DNA of 61,809 nt, filler included, from Diploschistes diacapsis (taxonomy: Eukaryota): the NCBI GenBank assembly GCA_023645945.1. It is 10 parts of 10 records of this genome, joined end to end, with 100 filler letters (N's around TTAATTAATTAA, not from the genome) between each part and the next. Parts side by side here need not be neighbours in the genome. Positions count along the whole stretch, not along the records: positions 50,142 to 53,976 come from JALAIB010001840.1; positions 54,077 to 57,896 come from JALAIB010001841.1; positions 57,997 to 61,809 come from JALAIB010001842.1; 7 more parts are not named here. One strand, written 5' to 3'. Within the stretch, counting starts at the first letter, position 1, and the number at the start of each line of letters is the position of its first letter. The position numbers and the translations under genes were made by a program. The notes below the pieces were generated by a model. The model had not been told where the DNA came from. It made no database searches and saw only the letters and a list, made by a program, of their open reading frames with translations. This document shows, piece by piece, positions 50,142 through 61,809 of the stretch.

Positions 50142-52195
50142 CCCCCAACTCTCCTCCTGACCGCTCCCAGCAGCCCCTCTACCAGCTCCGCACTCTCCGG
50201 CATTGCCCCGACCATTCCCTCCAGCCCCGCCAGGAACGCGAGCAACACCTCGTATTTGGCGCCCGCCACTTCGAACGCTTCCTCGCTTGCGTTCTCCGTA
50301 CCCTCTTTGAGGAGGTAGGGCACGACCTTTTCGATGGCGGGGCTAAGGAGAAGGCTTGAAAGGCCGGTTTTTGGGAGGGGAGAAGGGTGATAGATGTGGC
50401 AGGCGGAGGAGAGGAACTGTTCGGAGGGAACGGTTGGGGCTGCAGCGACTGTAGTAGGGGAGGTGATAGAGCTGGTGGGGGTGGATGTGGGGGACGAATG
50501 GAAAGTGGCGGAAGAGGAGCGCGCGGCGACGTCGGAGGCTGTCGCCCACTCTGCGTCGATGAGGCAATGGAGCAGGCTGAGCGCTGCTTTTGCGGTACTT
50601 TTCAGCGCGACGAGCGACGCAGTTGCGATCAGATCGTCCCAGAAGCCAGGGTGCTGACCGAGGTAGAGCAGGAAGAGGGTGCGGGCGGCGGCGCGCTCTT
50701 GTAGGATGAGCATGGTGGCTGCGCTGCTTGCGGGATCGTCGATGTTGACGCCCTTGCGTCGCTGCGGGCGAGCGGTAGCAGTGCTGCCTCTGAAGATCCT
50801 GCCGAGCGTGATCAGGACGTCGGCATTCGCGGGCTTGAGGGGAAGGAGGAGAACGGGGGATTCGCGGGTGGTGGTTTGGAGGAGGGAGAGGCGGGGGAGA
50901 TATAAGAGAAGACGGAGCTCGTCCTTGGGGGCGCGGTCGTTGGCGAGCTCGCCTCTTGTTGTGCCTTTGAGTGTGTATAGAATGTGCTGGAGGATTTCAC
51001 TGGAGGTGTCCAGGGCGACTTCGAGAAAGTGTCGGCTGTAGGCGGAGACGTAGGCAGCGAGGTAGCGGGACGAGGCGGGGTATAACCATGTAATGTCGAG
51101 GGGATCCTGTTCGTCCGGTTTGAGGAAGTAGTCTATTGTGCGTGAGTGGAGACCCGAAGAGATCATGAAGTCGAGGGCTTTAGAGGAATGAGGACTATCA
51201 TTTAGTCTAGCTTGGTTACCGTCGTAATTTGAGAGTAGGGCGGTAAAGAAGTCGACGAGGCTGACATGCATAAGTGGGTCATCTTTGTAGTCTACCATGT
51301 GCACGGCTGCGAATTCTAGGAGGCCTCCATCTTTGCTGACACCGTATTTGCTTTCAATCTCCGGAATGTTCGAGGACCATACCTGAGGAGCATGGCAAAA
51401 GTCTTTTAAGAAATCAAGAAGGCGCCCTTGAGCTATCGTCTTCTGCTTCTTGCTAGGTTGGCCTGGTTGACCAACCGTGCGCAGGCTGCAGAGGGAGAAG
51501 AATAGGCTGTATACATCCTTGTCCGTGACGACTCTCCGCCACATAAGACCGGACGTTGGGCTCGAGAGGTCAGTGGCTACGCCTGGAGCCATCAGATCTG
51601 GATCCATTTGTTCTGGGTTCTCCGTGCCGAGTAAGAGACTGAGTACGTTATAGGCTTTGGTAGCGACGCTCATGCTCTCCGTTCGGAGCCATAGATTTAT
51701 CAGAGCCGTCACAACATCGAGCTTGCCAGCGATTATGCCGACTTCGCTCGGTGAATTTCCTGTCTTCTCTAGTAGAGAAAGCGTAACAAGGTTGAAGGCC
51801 GGGGCTCCGACGGAGAGACCATCCACGAAAGGGAGCGGCGGTTCGATGGCCAGGAAATCGGCAAAGGTGAAAGATGAGCTATCAGCAAGTATCTCCGCGA
51901 GAGAAGTCGCAGGTGCTGGGTCTTGCCTTAGGGTAGGCAAGAGACCCGCTATTTGTGTGATGAGGCCGATGACTACTTCCTTGGGTAAGGCATCTGGTTG
52001 GTATCAGCATGGGCAAGCTAATGACATTCAAACATTGTTCAAGGCTCGTCGATAAAGGTCGAAAGAGCGAAAAGTTCACTACCTACCGCTCAGGTGGCGG
52101 TCAAGGCTCCCGAGTAAACTTGGATCGAAGGGTATTGAAGGATCCCGAGCAACATCCGCTAGATGATTTTGAATCTTTCCAGCAAGGCTTTCCAT
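50142..52195 (-). CDS. hsm3: Hsm3-like ARM/HEAT-repeat proteasome assembly chaperone (3' truncated)
   Basis: ATG 52195 MESLAGKIQNHL, one intron, then LLPTLRQDP..L..L, LSLLEK, LINLWL.T....A, LMWRRV..DKD.Y, KTIAQGRLL and MVDYKDD.LMH. This pattern resembles fungal HSM3_N proteins. Confidence 0.65.
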
Positions 52196-52753
52196 CTTAG
52201 GTCAAACAACCAGTGGAATCTGGTTGTTAAGAAGATTTGACTTCAGAGTCTATACTTGCATCAAGGTAGCATACTAGAGTCACTTCGCTAATATTTAGAT
52301 ACTGTACGTCGGGAGACCATGTGATAGCCTCAGAACCGTTTTGTCGATCCATGTAGCTATTAAGCAATCTATGATAACCAACGAAATACTTTACAATTTT
52401 TGCCTTCAATATATAACTGGGAAGTTCTAATGTGAATCCATACAGAAACAAAAATTCTAGCCAATCAAATTAGGTTGGATGTTGTTGGTATACTAACCTA
52501 AATAGGTTAGTCAGATTGCTTATTAAGCCTCTAATATGTTTCGAATATTTTAGAAGGTTCTAGTATTACAATCCAAGTATCAGACTTGACACGTCCTAGC
52601 CATTCTTTATACATAGACCCGTCCTGGTAACGCAAGTCACGTGACGAGTTAAAGGGTTTAAAGCCCGGATTATTTACTAATAAATAAAAGCGGAAACCGG
52701 TAATTCTACCCTTCTATTTATCTATTTTAACGGAAGGAGTTAAACTATATAAG

Positions 52754-52965
52754 TGAAACGCCAGCGCAGGAATGGGATACTACACTACCGGGGGCTGGGC
52801 CTGATCCGGAAGGATTACGTGTAGCTGGGCATCTGTAGGTAAAAGGTCTCGATTCGAAAAGCTGGAAAAGAAATTATTTAAATAAGAGGGTGGCATAAAT
52901 AAATAGTATGAATGCCAGCCTTATAAGGTTCGGGCACTACCCGTCTACAGAATCATTCTTTAACA
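52754..52965 (+). repeat. LTR-like repeat (same family as 10015-10168)
   Basis: Starts TGAAACGCCAGC and is colinear with 10015-10168. The 3' end (..TAACA) is uncertain. Confidence 0.5.
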
Positions 52966-53784
52966 TCTTTAATACAGCTGACAGCGGCTATACGCGGTAA
53001 AACTCGTTATATAACCCTGCCGTTATATAACTTTGCCGTGGCTTAATAAATCTCTGTTTATTTTATTTTATTATTTTTTTCTTTAAATGCTTATATTCCT
53101 TATAAACGTTATATTTTTTTAATATAATTTGTATCACGATTTCTTTTTTATTATTATATTTAGTTAAAAGCATTCCCGTTATTTTTTCGTAATTAACGTT
53201 TCTTTTTTTTTAAATTTCTTTTAACGTCGTTTCTAATTAAATACGTTTTTAGATTCTATAGGAAAGCGCGGTCGTCGTAGCAATCGATACCGTTTTATTT
53301 TAAAGATTCGTTCCCGTTTATAGTTTTTACTAGCGTCGGCTTTCTATCCTTAAGTGTTATTAATCACGGGGGTTTTATCTTTTCGGAATTTAATTAATAA
53401 AACTTTCGTAAGATATCGAAAGCATTTCCGAAGTTAATGACGGGATATTAATTATCGTCGGGTAATTATTTTATCTAACGTATTTTATATTAGACGTTCA
53501 GTCCTCGCCCGGGTTTATATTTAACGTTAAAGATTTTTTCGAGCTTTTATTCTTTTCCGGCTTCTATTTTTACCGGAAATGGTCTAAGATGCGCCTATTC
53601 CTTTAAAGGGTCTTACGGGTTTTTTAAATGTAGGGACGAGTGGAAAGTTTTAAACTATTTTATGGATATTAATAAATTTAATTTATAATCAATATCGTTT
53701 ATTTTTCGTAGAACATTATAAAGATTATTTTATTTATTATTTAATTCTTTATAGATTCGGATGATTTTAATATTACGTATATTT

Positions 53785-53976
53785 TAGGTTGGCCGTTTCG
53801 TGCCACTGACACTGACACTGACACCGCAGCTAAAAATTTTAAAACACGGACACTAACACGGATACTACATTTCCGTAAATTTACGGACACGGATACCGTA
53901 ACTAAAAAATTCAAAACACGGATACTAGCACGAATACTATATTTCTATAAATCTACTAACACGGATACTATATTAT
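53785..53976. mobile_element. Opposite end of the hAT-like transposon family
   Basis: TIR TAGGTTGGCCGT, then CACTGA x3 and AAAATTTTAAAACACGGA repeats in the same orientation as 230-618. Confidence 0.7.
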
Positions 53977-55946
53977 NNNNNNNNNNNNNNNNNNNNNNNN
54001 NNNNNNNNNNNNNNNNNNNNTTAATTAATTAANNNNNNNNNNNNNNNNNNNNNNNNNNNNNNNNNNNNNNNNNNNNTCGAGAGCAAAAATAAGGCAAATT
54101 ATGAAGAAAGATATGCAGAAGGAAGGCAATAAAGAAGAGGCTGAGAATGATATAGAAGCTTGTTCTTGAGCGTTGAATAGAGGTAAGAGTTATTATATTT
54201 TAATTAAAGATACGGAAAGTTCTATACGATCTTAATTAAGATTGATTAAGTATGTATAAACAGCGAATAATAGTTTAATAAATCAGATAAAAGCCCGAGA
54301 AAATTTTTTTAATGTTGTTTTGTTGTTAATAGCGAGAGAATAAACGATAAAAGCAAGTATTTTTTTAAGTTAATCCGAAACTGTCGAAGTCTTTCGCATG
54401 CGAAAGACTTGATACAAGGATGTTTTAAGCTAATTCGAAACTGACGGCCGTTAGTTTTCGTCGTTAGTTTCGGATAATATTTTCGATTTAGTTAAAAACG
54501 AGACCTTCAGAAAGTTACTGGCGTTCTAAGTTTTTGTTTTTTTCTTCGATAAACATTTTACGGTTTTTATTCACTTTATTAGCATATATAAAGATAATGG
54601 GCACGTCTCGTATCTAAAGACGGCATTACTGCTGCTTTTATCCTAGAATACGTGCACCTACACGTAAAGCGTATCCCAAGAAATTAAAAATTTAAAATAA
54701 ATATATTTTTTAGAACTACGGAATCATTTAATAATCGATATATTACTATCGAAGGCTTGATTGTTTTTTATATATATCGTCGTTAGCACCCATTTTATTA
54801 AATGGTGTGGTATTATCTTTTGTTGATAAAGAGGGACATCGTCTTGGTTATCGTAAACATCAACCGAGAAATTATTAATTTAATATTAATTCTTGCTACG
54901 TTTATCTGGCCTGAGAAGCTGCATGTTTGCATCAAATTTATACATCGTGGTTACTGTGACCAGGACTTATTGTAATAGCTATAGTACTACTAGGGAGATT
55001 CGCTTGTTCTTGCTGGGCTCGCTTGTCCCTGCCCTCGCTGGCGTCGCCTGTGACGCCATGGGACATAATGCCATTGGGCATCCACCCGCTTAGCAGCTAC
55101 AATAGTAGCTATAAAGAGCTCGCTGGTAGCCATAGCTTTTAAAATCTTATCTTCACTTTCATCCATAAATTTGAGTTTATACTGACATTTATCATCAATA
55201 TTACTTAAATAATATGAAGCGGGCCAAAGAAACCAGAGCCAGGTTCCTAGTTCAGGAAGCTTGGATGTACATCGTAGGAACGAAGGAAAAATAAATAAAT
55301 AAAATTATGAGATTAAGGACGGCAAGATAAGACGGTATAATAAAAATCCTAAAGATTTTAGAAAGAATGCTAATACATTTTAGAAGGGTTGTAATTGTCT
55401 TACTATACTGAGCACTTATTATGATAAATCATGGATTTGAACGCTACGGCGTAAAGTCAGGCTAGCAAATGGGCGTTTAAAGTGAAAATCGTTCCAGGTT
55501 GGGTGGAGCAATGAAAATTCTTGGGATGAAAAAAATGGGAAGAAACTTACTAAAGTAAGCAAGTGTTATAAAAAAAATAACGTTTGGATCAAAAATAAGA
55601 TTAATGTTTTAATATTTTTTACTTTGATAAAGCTTCTGACCTATGAAGGGAAGGGAAAGTGATTGATTCATATAGGCCTCTTTTAGTAAGGAGGTGGTCT
55701 TATAAGACAGGAGCGTTGATTACTGTCCTGTGGAGTACTTTACATGATTCTTTTTGCAAGAAATGCGGTAAAGATTTTAGATATCTTATTTTTTGTATTT
55801 TTTATAGTTTTTCTTTATATCGACATTTAATTCTTCTTATATTACTCCTTTATTTATATAAACTGATTAGATTTAATGTTTTCTTCTTTCCGCGTTATCC
55901 CGCCTGGTTAAATACAGGTTTGTGATTAATGTAAGAGGCGTAAAAT

Positions 55947-57677
55947 GATCGGAATGGCTCCGCAGTCTAGGTCGATAGTAGTGGTAAACGGAGGAAGCGA
56001 AAATTTTTAAATAAAACCAAGATAGGTTATATGACGTGTAAGAAACGTAAGAAGAAGTACGACGAGTTTCATTTAAGGTATAAACGGATATTCTTTTCTT
56101 TCTCTTCCCTTTACGGTTGTATTTGCATGGGTCTTAAATATTAAGTTATACCGCCTGCATGAGGAGGATGGTCTCGAAATCATGACAGCGCATACGTCGG
56201 GACAGTTATTTTAAGATATCTTTCTTTACTACGCTTATTTACGATAATGTATATAAGCGAGTCGAATTAACCACCTTTTTTAAATAATAACTATTTACGT
56301 AATAAGCTCGTTTATAATTTCTAATAAAAATCGAATTAAAGCAAACAGCCGGTTCATCTGGCGTTTAAGGACGATTTTCATTACGATTTACCGGTCTAAC
56401 AATTACAGCAATTCCCTATATAATAATAATAGTAGTTTTTTAAAGCACTTTACCCACCTTATTATTATCCGGAAACTAACAGCGATTACGGATATAAATT
56501 TAAGCGAGAATTTATAAACGAAAGTTATCGAATATCGCCTTATAGCGAACTTCCACGTCTTCTTCCGAGTAGCTGATCGAACGTTATTTCTACTTATGGA
56601 CTATCGTATACTCAATCTTCCCTAAAATATGCCGAGCGACTTATCGATCAGTAACAATACTAACCGATAGCGCAGTACGAGAATCTTCTCGATAATCCCG
56701 ATCCCGCTACTCCTTATCTTATGATTCTTTTTTCGTTAAGCCAGACCGGTCCCCCGCCCGCTTAACCCTAACATCTGCCTCTATAATACCAATACTAACC
56801 TTATTACGGCCTTCCACCTCCTCACGGTACAAATCCTTATTAGTTACTGTTGATTTCGCTACCTCTTTCCTTCATCGTTGCAGTATTTCCCGTTCTAAAA
56901 CGTCTCTCGTCCTATCCTCGCGCTGAAATATCGGAACGCGACAAGATATTACGCGGCGAGTATTATCTGCCTTATATTTAAGCGTTCGTCTCGGATAAAA
57001 AGTAATACGTATTAATGATCTAGCGATTTAATAACTTTACGAATTTCTCGACGGGTATCTTACCCGAAAACCGCATAAGGTTTTTTAGGCAAATTTTTGT
57101 TTTACGGTTCACCGTAGATCCTACGGTACCACTCCTGGGTCCTTACGATCCTCTTCCCGATCCGGCTTTTATTCTTAACGGATCTGTCGGTAGCGGGATC
57201 GTGGTAAAAGTATCGTTTTATTGCGATTATAGTTATAACGTGATTATCGGTAACGACGTGGTTATTAACGCGGATTACCGAATTATAAATACGTGTAACG
57301 TGATTATCGGGTATAATGTCGTTTTCTTTCCCGGCGTGAAACTGATGTACGTAATTTACGCGATCGACCCGCGAGAGCGAAAGAAGGGAAAAGATAGGGC
57401 GCTGAGAAGATAGATTATAATCGAGGACGATTTCTGGATAAGAAGCAACGTTATTATTCTATCGGGCGTTAGAGTTGGTCGTTGTAATACCGTTGGTGTT
57501 TAAAGCTTGCTATATAAGGTTGGTTACGGCGTATTAAGTACCGTTCGATACGTCTTAATAGATAAATAGGTTAACGAGGATGTTTTTTTATAGGACGTCT
57601 TATTTTATATCGTGGTCGCGGGTAATCCATAAAAGGTCGTTAGAAGTATTTACGATAATAAGAGTAGTAAATGTTAA
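55947..57677 (+). pseudogene. RIP-inactivated copy of a Zn2Cys6 plus maltose/galactoside O-acetyltransferase (LbH) fusion gene
   Basis: Degenerate AV*VDSSGKRRKRKFLNKTKIGYMTCKKRKKKYDE (family pattern KRKR.FSNRTKTGC.TCR.RKKKCDE), SERDKILRGEYYLP, FYCDYSYNVIIG, IIIEDDFWI and VVAGNP. Introns are retained. Stops and substitutions fit C->T/G->A changes. Confidence 0.85.
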
Positions 57678-57996
57678 GAAATCCGTTTTTAATTATTATC
57701 GAGTTCGGAATACTGGTATTTGTTTATTTTATTTTAAGTTCTTTTTGGTTCTTGTTTCAGCTACTATTCCGTATTTCAGCGGTTATAATAGCCGTATAGT
57801 ATATTTAATTTCTAGCGTATCGTTTTAAGGGCGTCTTTTAATTATACGAGCTATTTATCGTCCTTTATATAAGTGTACGGGTTATTCGTTTATCAANNNN
57901 NNNNNNNNNNNNNNNNNNNNNNNNNNNNNNNNNNNNNNNNTTAATTAATTAANNNNNNNNNNNNNNNNNNNNNNNNNNNNNNNNNNNNNNNNNNNN

Positions 57997-59152
57997 AATC
58001 TACGCTTTAATATTTATAGATTTATTAATAATTTTATAAATATAAAGATCTATATATTTTCTAATAAATACAACATTATTCCGTTTTATTTATAATGGAT
58101 GTAATAGATTTTCGATCCCGAAAGCGTTTCTAGACTACGTTCGCCGTAAACCTAAAAGATTCTACTTATGGACGGTTACGAGAACCATTTTTCGCTATCG
58201 TTCCTAAACTGGATAACGGATAAAAGGATTTTGGCGATATATTTATCAGCGTATACTTCTTACGTCCTTTAATTTCTAGATATTGGCCTATTTGGCCTAT
58301 TTACGTATGTCTATAAGAAGCGAGTCGGGACGTTATTATAATATAACGTTGTTTATATTAATAAATATTTTTTTCTTAAGATTTTTATTAATGCTCGAAT
58401 AGATGTTTATATTATTAGAAACGCTCGCGCCGCGTGAAAAGACGTCGGTATCGAATCTTTCGATCTTTTTAAACCGATTTTTAAAATTTTCGGCGCCGTT
58501 AACGATTTTTTTAACGTTTTTGAAGCTCGTTATATCTTATTTACGACGTCTCGAAACTTTTCGAGAGATAAATCTTTTAAAAAACTCGATTTTAAATTTT
58601 CGGTAAAAGCTTGAAATATCCCGAAACTTTTTTAAGATGGTTAAAGTAATTAAAGAGGTTTTTACGAAAATTACGTTTTTAGCGATAAAGAATAAGAGAT
58701 TTAAAAAAGTCTCGATATATCGTTAGAAACGTAAACGTATTATCGTGATTATAGGAAGTAAATTTTTAACCTTTATAAAAGTTACTGACGCGCGTTAAAC
58801 GAAAGAATAAACACTTTACGAGGTTAATAAGTAGGAAAGGTAGAAACAGGTTAAGAAAGAGAAGCTGGCAGTGCTTTAGATTGTTGGAATATATAAAAAT
58901 AAAAAGATAATCCCGAAAAGAAGGCTGGTTATTTTGGGGAGGCTTTTTGTCGCTAGCGTCGGCGACGCTGGCGATTAAATATAATGAAATGAAGTTATAA
59001 AATCAGATATAATTATTATTCGATTTATAGGGCTTTAAATTAATTATTTTGGGAGATACTTTATTTTAAATATTTATTATTGTAGTTTTGTTATTGTATC
59101 ACGTGTTCGGTAACTAGGGTCTGCTCGGGTACTAGGGTCACGACTCTATACA
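57997..59152. mobile_element. RIP-mutated repeat, unclassified
   Basis: Very AT-rich with a degenerate minus-strand reading frame. It ends sharply after the duplicated ACTAGGGTC motif (59112-59139) at the AT/GC boundary. Confidence 0.55.
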
Positions 59153-59484
59153 TCAGAACTACACTGGCATACTGGACCCTCGATCATCCATCACACACAG
59201 GCAGACTGGCTTCTGATTGGCACTAACTGCAAGCTACGCTTCCTAACTGCAGCAGTGCTGGGCGGTGGTGCTACCGAGTTGCTGCATGCGCCGTCCGAAT
59301 CTTGGCCTCAAGATGCATCTACTACAGTGGACGCCTGCCACTACTCGAGTCGCGAAACTGTACGGTTGTGGCAGGCTGCTTAGCGACATGAAGCCCAGCC
59401 TTGCAGCATGATTTTATATGAAGGCTGATCGCTACTTGGACCATACCTGCTTGTCTTTTGCTTATTATATTATCTTGATAAGCC

Positions 59485-61233
59485 ATGCTGGACTATCAGC
59501 GTTCACGCTGTCTCGAGAACGTTGAGTGGAATACATTTCCTGATCGACCCCAAAGCAACGACTCGATTAGGACTCTAGAATGCTGGAAATACGAGCGTAT
59601 CAGCAACTCAGAACAGAACGTGAATTTCCGCACACTGTGCATATCAGATGGACACTCTCGAGGTGCATTTTGTAACAAGACCGAAGATACGCTAAACAGG
59701 TGGCTAGGTTCGCAGGTGAGCTGTAGCTCATTTCTTAAGTACTCTCAAGACTGCCATAATGCGTGATTTGAGACGGGAAGACACCGGGTATTTCCTAAGC
59801 AGAGCGAAGACTATAGCATTATGCGTGGAAATATTGACTTGCAGGCTTTTCAAAAGGATTTATACCGCCCTCCTTCTCCGCCTGAAAATGCAGGCGAACT
59901 GGAAGGTGGAATACGACTTGTTCTATGTGACAGGCAAGGATCAACTGGAGGAGTAACGCTCAGCAGGCGTGCGTTCGAGAGTATCGAAAGTGCATTTGGA
60001 CTCCACGCCGCAACTTTGCCATCCTTCTTCCAAATGGGGGGTGCCATGTCCAGTTTCATCGACAGAGATCCCGACACGCAGCAGGGCCAGCGAATTTCAA
60101 TCATCGTTAAAGCTAATCAGAAGGTAGAAATTGCAAATTATTTACTGTCACTCGTTTACAACCCAGTAACGTGTTGGACAGAAGCATTGATATGTGGCTT
60201 TGGAATGATTCACGATCTACCATCAGATAGGCACTTTGGCAGTCAGATGCAGCAGCTAATACAATCCATAACCTCTACTCCGTCCATGTGGAGCCATCCC
60301 TTATTCTTACCGTATCTAATTCTCCAGAATTACGGCCAACGCTTGAGCCTGAGTCAAACCACGGTTAGCGATAGTCTGGTAGAGCTTGAAAATAAGCTCG
60401 GGGTGACCCACGCTGGCAGAAGCTGGCTTGATGTTGACCGCACGATCTGGCCCCAGGACATCGATATTAGAGAAATGACGATCGCGCTCCACTCCTTCCT
60501 GCCTCACACCATCTTCTTGCTGGTCTGCTGTAGATGGGCTCAGGAGTACGGTCAGTTCTTATTGGACCAGGAGCAGAAACTCAGTGCTGAGGGCAACTTC
60601 CAACAGCTGAGACCAGACTCCCCAAATGTGACGGAAGCTATCCGTTTCCATCAGAGCGTTGCAAGCGGACTCGAGTCTCGCTTCACACTGCTCAAGGAAA
60701 GAGCTGCCTTACAAGTCAACGTTCTCTTCAGTGTCATCAGTCAGCAAGACAGCTTCCTGAACAGATGGGATAGCCGGCTCAATCACCTCGTCGCCCGGTC
60801 CACGAAGCAAGATAGCATATCGATGACCACCTTTACTTTCATCACAGCTCTGTTTCTCCCAGGAACCTTCGTGGCTACGCTGCTTAGTATGAGCATGTTC
60901 GACTTCCAGCCAGATAACACCGGCGCTCCTTCGATGTCTTCTGCTAGCGTCTCCAGCACGTTCTGGCTTTTCTGGGCAATTGCTGTGCCCCTTACGCTTG
61001 CTACTATGGGCGGCTGGTACATCTGGCGGAAAGATATGGACCGTAGATGGAATAAGGAACTTCTGAGTGCTGCAGCAGACGCGGATTCGAATGTTCCAAC
61101 CAGTCCAGTAAAAGCGCAGGGGAACGGGCACCTGAAGATGAGCGATGTGAGTGCTCCTTTCATCGAATACCGCATTAAGCGAAGAGCCGCGTCGATGGCT
61201 CCTTCTGGTGGCAACTTCGATACCGGGTCATGA
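59485..61233 (+). CDS. CorA-like Mg2+ transporter-family protein (fungal type), 2 exons
   Basis: WSHPLFLP, LENKLG, DSISMTTFTFITALFLPGTFVATLLSMSMFDF and FWLFWAIAVPLT (two C-terminal TM helices). Intron from 59716 to about 59772. Confidence 0.85.
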
Positions 61234-61644
61234 GGGTTCATCTTGGAGAGAGTGCTACCCAGTAAAGGTTTTGATACAAGGAATAGATTTTCACCCGCTG
61301 GCGACTTGGGATGGCTTCGGTCACATTGAGCCCGGATCAGGCTTGGGATGATTATTTTCCCCAAAATGTACCCTGCATGCAGGTGCCCGCGTCTACACTT
61401 TGAACTGGAGAGTGTAGCAGAGGTTTGACTTACTTGAGCAATATGATGAATTAACCTTCTTGACTACCCTTAATCCTACAGCTGGACTTGCCCTCCACAT
61501 GCGGGAACAACTAGCCGTAACAGAAAAGCCCTCTCCACTTCCTCGTCATTACTTTACATCCAGCTTCATCCCGTTCTGATGCCCTGATTCAGAAATGTCG
61601 TCCTGTTGCCAAGCACAGCCTCCATCCCTGCATAACTCACCCTC

Positions 61645-61809
61645 CTACTTCTTCCCCTTCTTCGCCCCTACCTCCATATCCCCAGGCACATCCTTCTTCG
61701 CCTGCATGGGCTTCCCCTGCACCGCCACACTCCCCTCCCCCTCTGCCTGCCTCCCAAACCCACTGATCAAATCCAACAGATTATCCCTCCCCTCCTCCGG
61801 CTCCTCATC
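61645..61809 (-). CDS. 3' end of an unidentified gene
   Basis: Open frame DEEPEEGRDNLLDLISGFGRQ...GAKKGKK* runs from the window edge, with G-rich coding-like composition. Confidence 0.5.
   Translation of the reverse strand, partial: DEEPEEGRDNLLDLISGFGRQAEGEGSVAVQGKPMQAKKDVPGDMEVGAKKGKK

Larger units (their letters stand above)
26340..57996. other. Nine artificial contig linkers N44-TTAATTAATTAA-N44
   Basis: Located at 26340-26439, 30293-30392, 34245-34344, 38196-38295, 42147-42246, 46097-46196, 50042-50141, 53977-54076 and 57897-57996. The 12-mer gives stops in all six frames. Confidence 0.98.

Noticed and set aside
48380..51041. Long antisense or overlapping ORFs on hxB and hsm3 (similarly on the vps62-like, GH65 and CorA genes)
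   Set aside because: Shadow ORFs caused by GC-rich codon usage.
37452..52195. Functional cluster of vps62-like, apd1, chs7, hxB and hsm3
   Set aside because: These genes lie on separate contigs joined by artificial linkers.

Overview
Filamentous ascomycete (Pezizomycotina) DNA. It is not one locus but ten contigs joined by artificial 100-bp N44-TTAATTAATTAA-N44 linkers: a >=26.3-kb contig, then contigs of 3853, 3852, 3851, 3851, 3850, 3845, 3835, 3820 and >=3813 bp, so neighbourhood across linkers is meaningless. Intron-containing host genes: GH65 acid trehalase, PTH11-like membrane protein, tRNA-Leu(CAA), a hypothetical protein, a GH5 glycosidase, a Vps62-family protein, an OB-fold protein resembling SHLD2, Apd1, Chs7, Moco sulfurase HxB, an Hsm3-like protein and a CorA-like protein. 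AT-rich blocks are RIP-mutated repeats: a tandem TRIM array with a matching solo LTR, Copia and Gypsy relics, hAT-like ends, CACTA-ended foldback elements, tRNA-headed SINE-like repeats, and a RIP-destroyed copy of a Zn2Cys6-acetyltransferase gene. Best novelty candidates: (i) an intronless protein with a HEPN-like RNxxxH motif, divergently paired with a small spliced ORF beside a transposon end (possible toxin-antidote module); (ii) a minimal fungal SHLD2/shieldin-like protein; (iii) a tandem TRIM that appears to self-prime. All family calls come from motif recognition, not database searches.
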